A DNA stretch of 38,425 nt from Candidatus Micrarchaeia archaeon (GTDB lineage: Archaea > Micrarchaeota > Micrarchaeia > CABMEP01). A program made the position numbers and the translations under genes. The stretch spans positions 1-38,425 of the forward strand of contig JAVZXS010000007.1 of assembly GCA_038886535.1 (NCBI GenBank). Reading direction: 5' to 3'. Shown piece after piece: positions 1-8,630 of the stretch (within the stretch, counting starts at the first letter, position 1; every line of letters starts with the position of its first letter). Under the pieces are notes generated by a model. It searched no databases, had not been told where the DNA came from, and saw nothing but the letters and a program-made list of their open reading frames with translations.

Positions 1-325
1 AGGAAGGAATTTTTTGAGATACCTTTGGTCTTAATATTTTTAAGTCATCAATATCTATGGTTTTTATTTTATATATTTGTCTTAAAAACTCTATAAAACC
101 ATGTATAGCAGAGAGAGCAACTGCCACAGAGGAACTCATAGACTGTTTGCTGTACAAATAAGATTTATAGTGCATTATATCCTCAAAGGTTAATTCTTCT
201 ACAGACTTGTCTCCTGTAAACCTAATAAGTCCCTCTATAGCACGACTATAGGTTTTTATGGTTGCTTGAGATTTTAACCCTGAAAGATACTGCTTGTATT
301 TCTCTAATGCCTCTGTAAGTTTCAT
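1..325 (-). CDS. Tyrosine recombinase/integrase (XerC/D-like), N-terminal part; runs off the left edge
   Basis: Not in the ORF track. Manual translation from ATG at 325 gives MKLTEALEKYKQYLSGLKSQATIKTYSRAIEGLIRFTGDKSVEELTFEDIMHYKSYLYSKQSMSSSVAVALSAIHGFIEFL...LRPKVSQKIPS, the SAM-like core-binding domain pattern followed by the linker into the catalytic domain. Catalytic residues lie outside the window. Confidence 0.8.
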   Translation of the reverse strand, partial: MKLTEALEKYKQYLSGLKSQATIKTYSRAIEGLIRFTGDKSVEELTFEDIMHYKSYLYSKQSMSSSVAVALSAIHGFIEFLRQIYKIKTIDIDDLKILRPKVSQKIPS

Positions 326-328
326 ATC

Positions 329-451
329 TCTATATATAGGGTACATGAATGTATCAGAATTTTCCATTTTTTACTAAAAAACGCTTTAAATTCAAAAAGT
401 TATCAAAAACCACAAAGGGTTTTTGATACATTGCGGTACCCTATATATAGA
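329..451. promoter_or_regulatory. Divergent pair of conserved promoter-like motifs forming a 28-bp imperfect inverted repeat (329-356 / 424-451)
   Basis: Minus strand 356-329 reads TGATACATTCATGTACCCTATATATAGA and plus strand 424-451 reads TGATACATTGCGGTACCCTATATATAGA (25/28 identical). The same motif recurs at six other gene starts. Confidence 0.65.
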
Positions 452-507
452 AAAAGGGTTCTTGACAGAACAAATTAATAGGAATAAGATAAAAAAGGAG
501 AAGTAAG

Positions 508-837
508 ATGAAAAAAATAGCAAAAACTTTAAATACTTTTTTATTATTTATATTTATGACTGCTTTTTTTGCAGTTATGATATTTGGCTTTACAGGTAAA
601 ATAGGATTTTCAATTCCAATTGTTATTTTTATTGAGTTTTTTATTGGATTAATTGGATGGCAAATATTTAAAAAATTAAAAAAAGAAAATAAAAGTAACA
701 TTATAATTACACCTATAAGTCTAGAATCAATCATGGATAAAAAAACAGATTACCACGATGATGAGGAAGATGATCCTTTAGAAATTGGGTCTCTTACATA
801 TTGGGTTCAAAATTCCTTTGAACATGATGACAATTAA
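508..837 (+). CDS. Small membrane protein (two TM segments, acidic C-tail); possible entry-exclusion protein
   Basis: AAGGAG RBS upstream, two hydrophobic segments, convergent with the end of the traG unit. The function is a positional inference only. Confidence 0.6.
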   Translation: MKKIAKTLNTFLLFIFMTAFFAVMIFGFTGKIGFSIPIVIFIEFFIGLIGWQIFKKLKKENKSNIIITPISLESIMDKKTDYHDDEEDDPLEIGSLTYWVQNSFEHDDN

Positions 838-1148
838 ACTAGCAATTTTAAAATCTCATCTTTTTCTTCTTCCTTAATAGCAGATAAACCATCTATAAAA
901 ATTTCTTCTCTTCCTAGATGTTCTGCTATTTTTTCTACATTACTTTTTATCTGAAATAAAAGTGCATCAAAATCGTTTCTTAATAAAGTTAATTTATCTC
1001 CTTCTAAAAAAACCTTTTTATCACATATTATTATATGTGAATATTTTTTGCCTTCATAATTGCCATTTTTTATTAAAATTTCCTTTTCAATATCTTTATG
1101 AATAAATTTTATAATTACATCATGCCCTAAAATTTTAATTTTTATCAT
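834..1148 (-). CDS. Hypothetical protein
   Basis: 104-aa ORF with AAGGAG RBS, directly downstream of traG. Confidence 0.7.
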   Translation of the reverse strand: MIKIKILGHDVIIKFIHKDIEKEILIKNGNYEGKKYSHIIICDKKVFLEGDKLTLLRNDFDALLFQIKSNVEKIAEHLGREEIFIDGLSAIKEEEKDEILKLLV

Positions 1149-1179
1149 GTTAATCTCCTTTAAATTAATTAAAAACTAA

Positions 1180-4100
1180 TTATCTAAATGGAGCTACTTG
1201 TCCATGAGCATCTCCCGCAGTTGTAGGATCATACTCTTTTGGCTCAGGAATTCTTTGACCTTTATATGGATTATTTGCTCCCATTTCTAATTGTTGAAGG
1301 GTAGAAGCTCCACCATAAAACTCAAGTTCTTTATATAGAGCATGCAATTCTTGTGTAAAAAGTTTGTTCTTTTGTTCAATTGTCAAATTTCTATCTGTCT
1401 GAATTTGCTCATATCTTTTAATTATTCCTAAAGCTAAAGTATTTGCGTTTACCTGTTCTATAGCAGATCTTTCACCTTTTAAATAAGCCTGATAATCTAA
1501 ACCACCAGCACTTAAAAATTTTAACAATGTATTTTTGGTCCTTAACTGATGCCCTATTGCGGCAGAATCTTTCGTTAACTGTTCAAACTTCCCAAATATA
1601 CCTACCGAATCAGCAGCTTTTATAGCTACTTGCTTACCCATTATTGGGTTATACCACATATCACTATATTTTTCTTGCAAAGGTCTCCAGTCTCCTGTAG
1701 TTACTATATAAGGCAATTCACTTCCAATATTTACTTTCGTTCCATAATGATGATCTTCTGACCCATGATAGTATGTATTATGCGAACCATATTCCCCCTT
1801 ACTTACAGCTTTTGTTATGTTTTCCCACCCTTTTTGATTAGTCCTAAAGTCTTCCTGTTTGAACGTTCCACCTGTTCCTGCATGTATAGTAGCTATCTGT
1901 CCTGTTGTTGGATCTCTTTCTATTAAAAAAGCAACTGCCCTGCCTTCTTTCATCGCTTTTTCTATTCCATCAGCTGTATTCTTAAATTGTGGACCTGCTG
2001 CTCTTAACTGCTCAACAATAGGTTTTAACTGTTCCCCTGATAAGGTAAACATCTGAGAATGCCTCATGCTATCTTGCATATTAATTCCGCTTTTAGAATC
2101 AAAAAATACTAAATTTCCATTTGTATCTAAATATGCATTACCATATCTTGTAACTCCATTGCTATCTGTAAAAGTTCCTTGTAAAGAAGTAAACTCTTTT
2201 CCATCCCAGCTTCTTATTGTGTTCATTGAACCTGTAAACTTATTCCCACTAACCATTAAATCGTTAACTGTTTTTTCTATTTTTATTCCACTTCCTGAAA
2301 CTTCTATAGATTCTCTTTTATTTGGTGCACTCAATGATGCTTTTATATAATTATGCCCTTGCCCATCAGTTCCAAAATCCAATCTCATACCTTCTTTAAA
2401 TACATCTGTTTTGTATTCCTGATTAAGCTGATTAGCTGTTTTTCTATCTATTATAAAACCTCTTCCTTTAAGTTCCCCATACTCTTCCATGGACATTTTT
2501 AATGCATCAGCTCTTTGTTTTTCGCCAAAAAGTGTTCCTATATTTAATTGTGTTCCCATTTGCCCAGATTGAAAAGCTTTATTCATGTCTCTATAACCAA
2601 GCCCGCTTCCAATATTATGTGCCATTTGATTTGCTGTACTTTGTGCTATTATTCTTGCTCCAAATTGATTACCTATACTTGCACCACCTGCTACTTCTCC
2701 AGTTTGTTTTTCTACCATTCCTCTGGCAAGAGTTCCAAGCCCTCCTGCTGCTACTGCTGCATTTGCCCATGTTTGTTGTGGAATTATATCTGCTCTTATA
2801 GGAGAGGTCACATCCTTTAACATCATACTACCTGCAGATGCTCCAGTTGACTGAGGTGCACCAGATATATTTCCTGCAAGCATAGCAAGAGCAGTTCCAC
2901 CAAATTTTACAAACATTGTAGTTATTACCGAACTCAACATAAGTCCTGACCATCTTATTGCTCCAAAAGCAGCAGCAACTTTAGCACTATACGAAGGCAA
3001 CAGTGTATAAAATATGCTTCCAAGCCCTATTTGTGCTCCTACTTTCTCAAACTCCTTTGATGAAGTAACTGCTTGTGCTACTCCTGCAGTATGCAGTATA
3101 GCATCAATCACTGACCAAGTTGTAAGCCATACAAACATTCCTATAATTACTACAAATACTCTACCAAAAAGTGGAGTTGCTGCAAACAGTAATAAAAAGG
3201 GAGTTATTCCAAGAGATACTGCTCTTAATGTTTCTTTAATTATTGGTAACCAAGAATTTGCATGCGCTGCCAAACCTATAAACTGATTGCCTGTTTCTCT
3301 GGTCGCTGTAAGTTTCAATGCAGTTATTGGATCCGCCTGACTAAAGAAATTAATCAATGCCAAGTTTAATGCGGTTTGCTGTTGTAACAATGTAATATTT
3401 GCTTCTACACCTATTTTACTAGCAGTTGAAGTAATTAAATTAAGGCAAGCATTTAGTTCTTGAGGAGAGTCAATGTTATAACCCGCCAACACACATGCTT
3501 TTTTTGCAAGTTTATTATCTGTAAACTCAGAATTTATATAATTTTCTAATACCCACCCAGCAGATTCACAAGTAACAGGTAAAACTCCACTTACTGTATC
3601 AACCTCTTTACCATTTGTATCATAATATACTGTTAAAACAGATGGGTTTTTAGCTCCACTAATAATTTGTCTCCAATCTTTTGCTCCAGTTGCAATATCT
3701 TGAATGGTAAACGATGGATTATTTCTTGAAAGTTCAAATAAAATGCAATCTTTTATATACTGGTAAGCAGTCAATTGAATATAAGAAGGTACTGATGCAT
3801 AAACAGAATCAGTTTTTAAGTTGCCTAAAAGGTAAAAACCTGTTCCTCCTGCATTTTTTGTATAATCATCTACTGGAGATGCGGAAGTTTTTACTATATT
3901 AACCATGCCTCTTTCTACTTTATTTAGTAACCCTGCAATTATTGCTACACCTTTAGGAATATTTGTTATAGTATTAGACTGCTTATTTAATACTTCATCA
4001 TATACAATTACATTATCTTTAGGAACAACAAAGGCAAGATAAAAAACAATACCCGCCATAACAGGAACTGCCCATGATGCAAGATTGAAACCTACTTTAC

Positions 4101-4350
4101 CACCAAGTGTTGCTTTAGATAAAACATTAAAGTATAAAATCAACATTCCTAACGCAATAACCGAAAAGAATAAGCCTGTAAACGCAGCGTCAGAAAATAT
4201 AAGTCCTATTCTTCTCCATGATTCTACTACTGCATCAAAACCACCCCAAGTATAATATTCCCATGTTTGAGCATATACAGCATTAGGTAAAACTATTGTT
4301 AATAAAACTGATAATGCTGTGAAAATATTTTTTATTTTTTGCATAATCAT
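1180..4350 (-). CDS. traG: F-type mating-pair stabilisation protein TraG
   Basis: 1056 aa. N-terminal TraG_N pattern (WEYYTWGGFDAVVESWRRIGLIFSD...YIKDCIL), several TM helices, long hydrophilic C-terminal half; follows traH. Confidence 0.9.
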   Translation of the reverse strand: MIMQKIKNIFTALSVLLTIVLPNAVYAQTWEYYTWGGFDAVVESWRRIGLIFSDAAFTGLFFSVIALGMLILYFNVLSKATLGGKVGFNLASWAVPVMAGIVFYLAFVVPKDNVIVYDEVLNKQSNTITNIPKGVAIIAGLLNKVERGMVNIVKTSASPVDDYTKNAGGTGFYLLGNLKTDSVYASVPSYIQLTAYQYIKDCILFELSRNNPSFTIQDIATGAKDWRQIISGAKNPSVLTVYYDTNGKEVDTVSGVLPVTCESAGWVLENYINSEFTDNKLAKKACVLAGYNIDSPQELNACLNLITSTASKIGVEANITLLQQQTALNLALINFFSQADPITALKLTATRETGNQFIGLAAHANSWLPIIKETLRAVSLGITPFLLLFAATPLFGRVFVVIIGMFVWLTTWSVIDAILHTAGVAQAVTSSKEFEKVGAQIGLGSIFYTLLPSYSAKVAAAFGAIRWSGLMLSSVITTMFVKFGGTALAMLAGNISGAPQSTGASAGSMMLKDVTSPIRADIIPQQTWANAAVAAGGLGTLARGMVEKQTGEVAGGASIGNQFGARIIAQSTANQMAHNIGSGLGYRDMNKAFQSGQMGTQLNIGTLFGEKQRADALKMSMEEYGELKGRGFIIDRKTANQLNQEYKTDVFKEGMRLDFGTDGQGHNYIKASLSAPNKRESIEVSGSGIKIEKTVNDLMVSGNKFTGSMNTIRSWDGKEFTSLQGTFTDSNGVTRYGNAYLDTNGNLVFFDSKSGINMQDSMRHSQMFTLSGEQLKPIVEQLRAAGPQFKNTADGIEKAMKEGRAVAFLIERDPTTGQIATIHAGTGGTFKQEDFRTNQKGWENITKAVSKGEYGSHNTYYHGSEDHHYGTKVNIGSELPYIVTTGDWRPLQEKYSDMWYNPIMGKQVAIKAADSVGIFGKFEQLTKDSAAIGHQLRTKNTLLKFLSAGGLDYQAYLKGERSAIEQVNANTLALGIIKRYEQIQTDRNLTIEQKNKLFTQELHALYKELEFYGGASTLQQLEMGANNPYKGQRIPEPKEYDPTTAGDAHGQVAPFR

Positions 4351-4358
4351 TTCCTACA

Positions 4359-5807
4359 TTACTGCATTACCCTCAAAGCAACTGAAGGGCTAAACTTATT
4401 TGCAAGTTCACTGTTAATTATTCTGAATGACTCTCCAATAATTTGAACCAACTTTAATGCTTTATCAACAGAAGAAAGTGAATTCATATAACTTTCTCTT
4501 ACATGCTTTACTGCTCTGTAAAAATTCTCTCTTAAATCTTTAATTAGTTCTGCTTGCACTTCTGGAACTTTACAGACTTTAGTTGGGTCTTGAGTTTGAG
4601 ATTCATTCTGCATTGCCTTTTGAATTTTTGCAAATTCTTTGTATGTTTCTTCTATATCAATAGTTGCTTGATGCGATATTTCAAGCAGTGCTTGATATAA
4701 ATAACTAATTGCTATTGGTTCTGCTAAGGTATCTATTAGTAATGTGTCTTTTGATTGTGCTGATGTTTTTGTTATTAAAAACACAGGTAAAGGAGTTTTA
4801 TAATACTTTAATAATGAATTAGAAGGTATATTTCCTTTTGATTCCATACTATTTCTTAAATTGAATAGGTCATTTCTTACAGTATTTACAAAACTATCAA
4901 CTGATTCTTCAGAACATGAACTTGAAACAGAATCTCTTCTTAAAAGAACTTTTTTCTCCAAAGCCTGGATTACATTATCACATGGAGGAATTGGTTCTAT
5001 TTTAGGAATACCTTCATTGTCATATTTAATTACAGCATCTCCAACCATGCCTCTTACGATTGAAATTACATTGGAATCAAGAAAACCTCTTCTTTTTGCA
5101 ACTGCATTTAGTATTCCATTACTTGATTCTATACCAGATAAAACATCTTTAACTTTGTTAGGACATCCTTCTATCATTTTTGAGGATGCAATAGTAGAGC
5201 CACCTTTTGTTTTACCACCCGACGCTGGGTCTATTCTTTCTGCTATTTCTTTATAAAGTTGAGTTATACCTGTTCTCTGTCCAACCTCTGCTATTGCTGC
5301 AGATATATCTCCTGTATCCTTTAATTTCATTGTAAAACCTTCCAGTATTTGACATTCATTAAATTGTAATTGGTTTAACGCATTTATAATTGCTTCTGCT
5401 GCCTCGAGTATATTTCCTAATTTTTCAGTTATAGTTTTAATTGCCAACTGAAACGCTACATAAGGTGCAGCCTGAATAAGCCTTTGTAATTTTTGAACCA
5501 AATATTCAAAATTTAAAAATCCTATTCCACCAAGAAATAAATCTATTCCTCCACATCCAACATTAAGCCTTGGCTTTGAAATTGTTATCAAATGGTCTGT
5601 AGAAGTCGGCAATCTAACACTAAAAGAACCAGCAGAAAAATATCCTCTCTGCTGTCCTTTATGATAATCAGGACCTGAACCTATTTTTTGGCTGTACCAA
5701 CTTTCAAGCCACCCTGCCTCTACGTTATCTGGCAATATTGCACATGCAAAAGCAGTTAAACTAAAAGTAAGTAATAATAAAACAAACAAATTCCGTTTAA
5801 ACATCAT
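4359..5807 (-). CDS. traH: F-type pilus assembly protein TraH
   Basis: Motifs GQQRGYFSAGSFSVR and GCGGIDLFLGGIGF, signal peptide, coiled-coil C-terminus. Confidence 0.95.
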   Translation of the reverse strand: MMFKRNLFVLLLLTFSLTAFACAILPDNVEAGWLESWYSQKIGSGPDYHKGQQRGYFSAGSFSVRLPTSTDHLITISKPRLNVGCGGIDLFLGGIGFLNFEYLVQKLQRLIQAAPYVAFQLAIKTITEKLGNILEAAEAIINALNQLQFNECQILEGFTMKLKDTGDISAAIAEVGQRTGITQLYKEIAERIDPASGGKTKGGSTIASSKMIEGCPNKVKDVLSGIESSNGILNAVAKRRGFLDSNVISIVRGMVGDAVIKYDNEGIPKIEPIPPCDNVIQALEKKVLLRRDSVSSSCSEESVDSFVNTVRNDLFNLRNSMESKGNIPSNSLLKYYKTPLPVFLITKTSAQSKDTLLIDTLAEPIAISYLYQALLEISHQATIDIEETYKEFAKIQKAMQNESQTQDPTKVCKVPEVQAELIKDLRENFYRAVKHVRESYMNSLSSVDKALKLVQIIGESFRIINSELANKFSPSVALRVMQ

Positions 5808-5823
5808 ACCCCCCTATAATGTA

Positions 5824-6267
5824 TTAAAGTGGTTCTCTAATATCATGCAACACCCAATGAAAATCATCTACGACAAGGTAAATATATCTGCTGTCAAAAA
5901 ACTCCTTCTGTCCATTTGTATAAGGGAGAACCATTATTCTTATAACTTTTGGAGGAGCAATTATAGGAGTTTTAGGATTAACAAGAACCTGTTTTAATCT
6001 ATCAAAAAGTGCCTCTGAATATAAATTTTCATAATTTGAATATTCATTAACTGCATTAGACATCATCGTATTGTTTGCAGAAGAAGACTCTGACAGAATT
6101 GTTCCTCTTTTTTGCCCTACGCTTTCTTGATATGCCTCCAGTATAGATACACATTTACCAGACTCTGTTTGAGGACAAGTAAAATCTCCTGAATAAGGAT
6201 TTAAAGTAGAAGCACACCCATAACTAAAAAGCATTAAGGCAAACATTAAAAAAAGATATTTTCTCAT
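5824..6267 (-). CDS. traV: Conjugative lipoprotein TraV
   Basis: Lipobox (YGC), NPYSGDFTCP...GKCVS and PKVIRIMVLPY motifs. Confidence 0.9.
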   Translation of the reverse strand: MRKYLFLMFALMLFSYGCASTLNPYSGDFTCPQTESGKCVSILEAYQESVGQKRGTILSESSSANNTMMSNAVNEYSNYENLYSEALFDRLKQVLVNPKTPIIAPPKVIRIMVLPYTNGQKEFFDSRYIYLVVDDFHWVLHDIREPL

Positions 6268-6935
6268 ATTCTCACCTTCCTTTTAAAAAATGATTTATCT
6301 TCTTCTTCGTTTCTATTTTCATTAGTATTTAATATTTTTTGTTCAACTTTCTGATTTCTTGAATAATTTTCTGAATAATTAATTGTTTCTGTTTTGAAAT
6401 TATCAAATAAAATATTTTGATAATCTGCAACTTCTTTCCCACAATAACGACATACAACTGCATCTTTTTTAATATATTCTTTGCAATAAGGACATTTTTT
6501 AATATTACTCATTAGTAAGTTTTGCTGAACCTGTTGAACTATTTGAACAAACTTTTCAGGATTTTGAACCTTGTTCATAACTATTACTCCTTGCTCAGCT
6601 GCAGACTGGACTTCTACTCTGCCATAATTTAATATCATTCCCAACATATCTTTAGCATAAGAAACATTGTTTACTTTGTCTACAGGAGTTTCTATAACAT
6701 TTTTACCTATAATTCCCCATTTTCTTATTAATCTATTATTTGTAATCATATACACATTGGATTTCCAGTCTTTATAGAAATAAAAAGTAATAAGACCTGA
6801 TATTAAGAAAAACAATATGTCTATTTTTTTAAAAAGTAAATAAGTAATTCCAAAAACTATAAATCCTATTAAAAAACCTCTTAATAAATAAATCCAGTGA
6901 AGTCTAGCAGTATAAATTACTTGTTCTGCTATCAC
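6264..6935 (-). CDS. Membrane protein with bacterial PH domain (bPH_2-like) and C-terminal zinc ribbon
   Basis: Two TM helices, then YMITNNRLIRKWGIIG...ILNYGRVEVQSA (bPH_2 pattern), then CPYC...CRYC. Confidence 0.8.
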   Translation of the reverse strand: MIAEQVIYTARLHWIYLLRGFLIGFIVFGITYLLFKKIDILFFLISGLITFYFYKDWKSNVYMITNNRLIRKWGIIGKNVIETPVDKVNNVSYAKDMLGMILNYGRVEVQSAAEQGVIVMNKVQNPEKFVQIVQQVQQNLLMSNIKKCPYCKEYIKKDAVVCRYCGKEVADYQNILFDNFKTETINYSENYSRNQKVEQKILNTNENRNEEEDKSFFKRKVRI

Positions 6936-6937
6936 TG

Positions 6938-7444
6938 TTACCTCCTCACTTCAAATAATAAAGCAACTTGTTTAAACAACTCTTCTATTAGTTTTTCTTT
7001 TGTCCCCTCAGTAATATTAATTTCTATAGTAGTTTTATAATCTTTAGAGTCAAGGTCTGTAGGATAAATTTTAGCCCCACTTTTATTAATCATAAGAACA
7101 GGTCTCTCTCTAATTAATACATCTGCAATTATTTTATAATTTGATATCTCTTTTATAAATACTTGTAAAATATATGATGCCTTTTGAGGGTCTTTTTCTA
7201 TTATCATATCTTTATTCTCTAACGCTTTTTCTATTGCTTTAACATCTACTTCTTTTATATTTAAAGGAGCAATATAAATTGTTCTTTCTAAAGCAAGTTT
7301 TTCATAATCAAGAAAAACAGGTTTACTTGTTTTAATACTACTTACTACAAGATTTTCCTGCGTTAAACTACAACCTGAGAAAATTAATAATACTATTAAA
7401 ACAAATAAATTATTATTCAGGTAAGTTTTGTTCTTTAATCTCAA
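6938..7444 (-). CDS. Shortened TraT-like (surface exclusion family) lipoprotein
   Basis: Lipobox FSGC. Segments VFLD..ERTIYI, DPQKASYILQV, NYKIIADVLIRER, SGAKI and KDYKT are colinear with F TraT as recalled; the Gly/Ala-rich hairpin is missing. Confidence 0.65.
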   Translation of the reverse strand: MRLKNKTYLNNNLFVLIVLLIFSGCSLTQENLVVSSIKTSKPVFLDYEKLALERTIYIAPLNIKEVDVKAIEKALENKDMIIEKDPQKASYILQVFIKEISNYKIIADVLIRERPVLMINKSGAKIYPTDLDSKDYKTTIEINITEGTKEKLIEELFKQVALLFEVRR

Positions 7445-8630
7445 TGTTTACCCCCTCTGAAATTACTAAAGTTACATTTCTTGTTGCTTGAATCTCTATT
7501 ACTGGAATTGTTTGTTGAGCCAATTCAAGATAAAATTTCTGTAAAGCATTTGCAGTTTGAGTAATCCCTGTAGATATTCCCGCTTTTACTGCATCACCAG
7601 GATTAAGTGTTGATACTACACCAGAACCAGATACAGAATAGGTATAACTTTGTGTTCCTGTTACTTGAGCAAGTCCACCAAATAATCCTGCAATAAATGT
7701 TCTTGCAAGATGAGACCCCATTTTACTTACTACTTTTCCTCTTAAACCTATTTTCCCATCATTATCAACTACAAAACCTTTCACTTTTTGGTCTATTACT
7801 GCCTGTCCCTTTTTACCAACACAACTTATATTAACAAGCCTTAAATGTGCTCTTTCATCTGCCAATGAACCAAGTCCTTCTGCTATAACAAAACAACCTT
7901 TTAAATTTGCTTTAACTGAGTTAGGTAACACTGCTGGAGCCTTTATCCTAAATAGTGCAGGCACTGGATTACCTTCTCCTTTGCTAATTGCCGGTGCGTC
8001 CAAGCCACTTAGGAGAGTTGCCTCCATAAAAGAAGGTGGTAAATATATTGTTTGTTTTTTTTTACTTTCCGCCTGTTCTCCATCTTTGGGTTTTTCTTGT
8101 ATCTTTTTATCTGCACTAACTACTTTAATATCTCCCACATATTCAACTTTTGGCTGAGGTGGTTCTGCTTGTGGCATACCTGCTCCACCCGCTCCACCAG
8201 TTGGCACAGGAGGAGGCATAGAACCCACAGAACCACTTGAATACATAGGTGGTGGTAAAGTAGAACTCTTTAATTGCTCTTTTTCCTTTTCCTTTTTTTC
8301 TTCCTCTTCTTTTTGCTTCATTAATTTTTCATGTTCTTCTTTTTCTTTTTTCATCATTTCAAGTTGTTCTTTTAAACTGCGAATTTCTTTTTGGCTCTCT
8401 GCTAACTGAGTTTTTTGTAAAAGAGTTGAATCGAGTTTTATTTCTTCTTGCTTGCCCTGTTCCTTTTTCTCTGCAGTCTTAGATGTATCAGTTCTACTTG
8501 CATAATAACCAATAATTCCAAATAAGATTAAAAATACCGCTAACACAGTTAATATAATTTTTCTTCTTTTTTCAGGATTAATTGTGTTCCATTTTTCTGT
8601 AAATTTCTGTTTTATTATTTCCTTATTCAT
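7413..8630 (-). CDS. traB: TraB (VirB10-like core complex protein)
   Basis: TM helix, coiled coil, Pro-rich linker, LPPSFMEATLLSGLDAP and DGKIGLRGKVVSK. Likely start is ATG 8630 after GGAGAG (ORF track starts at 8648). Confidence 0.95.
   Translation of the reverse strand: MNKEIIKQKFTEKWNTINPEKRRKIILTVLAVFLILFGIIGYYASRTDTSKTAEKKEQGKQEEIKLDSTLLQKTQLAESQKEIRSLKEQLEMMKKEKEEHEKLMKQKEEEEKKEKEKEQLKSSTLPPPMYSSGSVGSMPPPVPTGGAGGAGMPQAEPPQPKVEYVGDIKVVSADKKIQEKPKDGEQAESKKKQTIYLPPSFMEATLLSGLDAPAISKGEGNPVPALFRIKAPAVLPNSVKANLKGCFVIAEGLGSLADERAHLRLVNISCVGKKGQAVIDQKVKGFVVDNDGKIGLRGKVVSKMGSHLARTFIAGLFGGLAQVTGTQSYTYSVSGSGVVSTLNPGDAVKAGISTGITQTANALQKFYLELAQQTIPVIEIQATRNVTLVISEGVNIEIKEQNLPE

Noticed and set aside
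441..734. Minus-strand 97-aa ORF
   Set aside because: Shadow of 508-837, which has the RBS and promoter motif.
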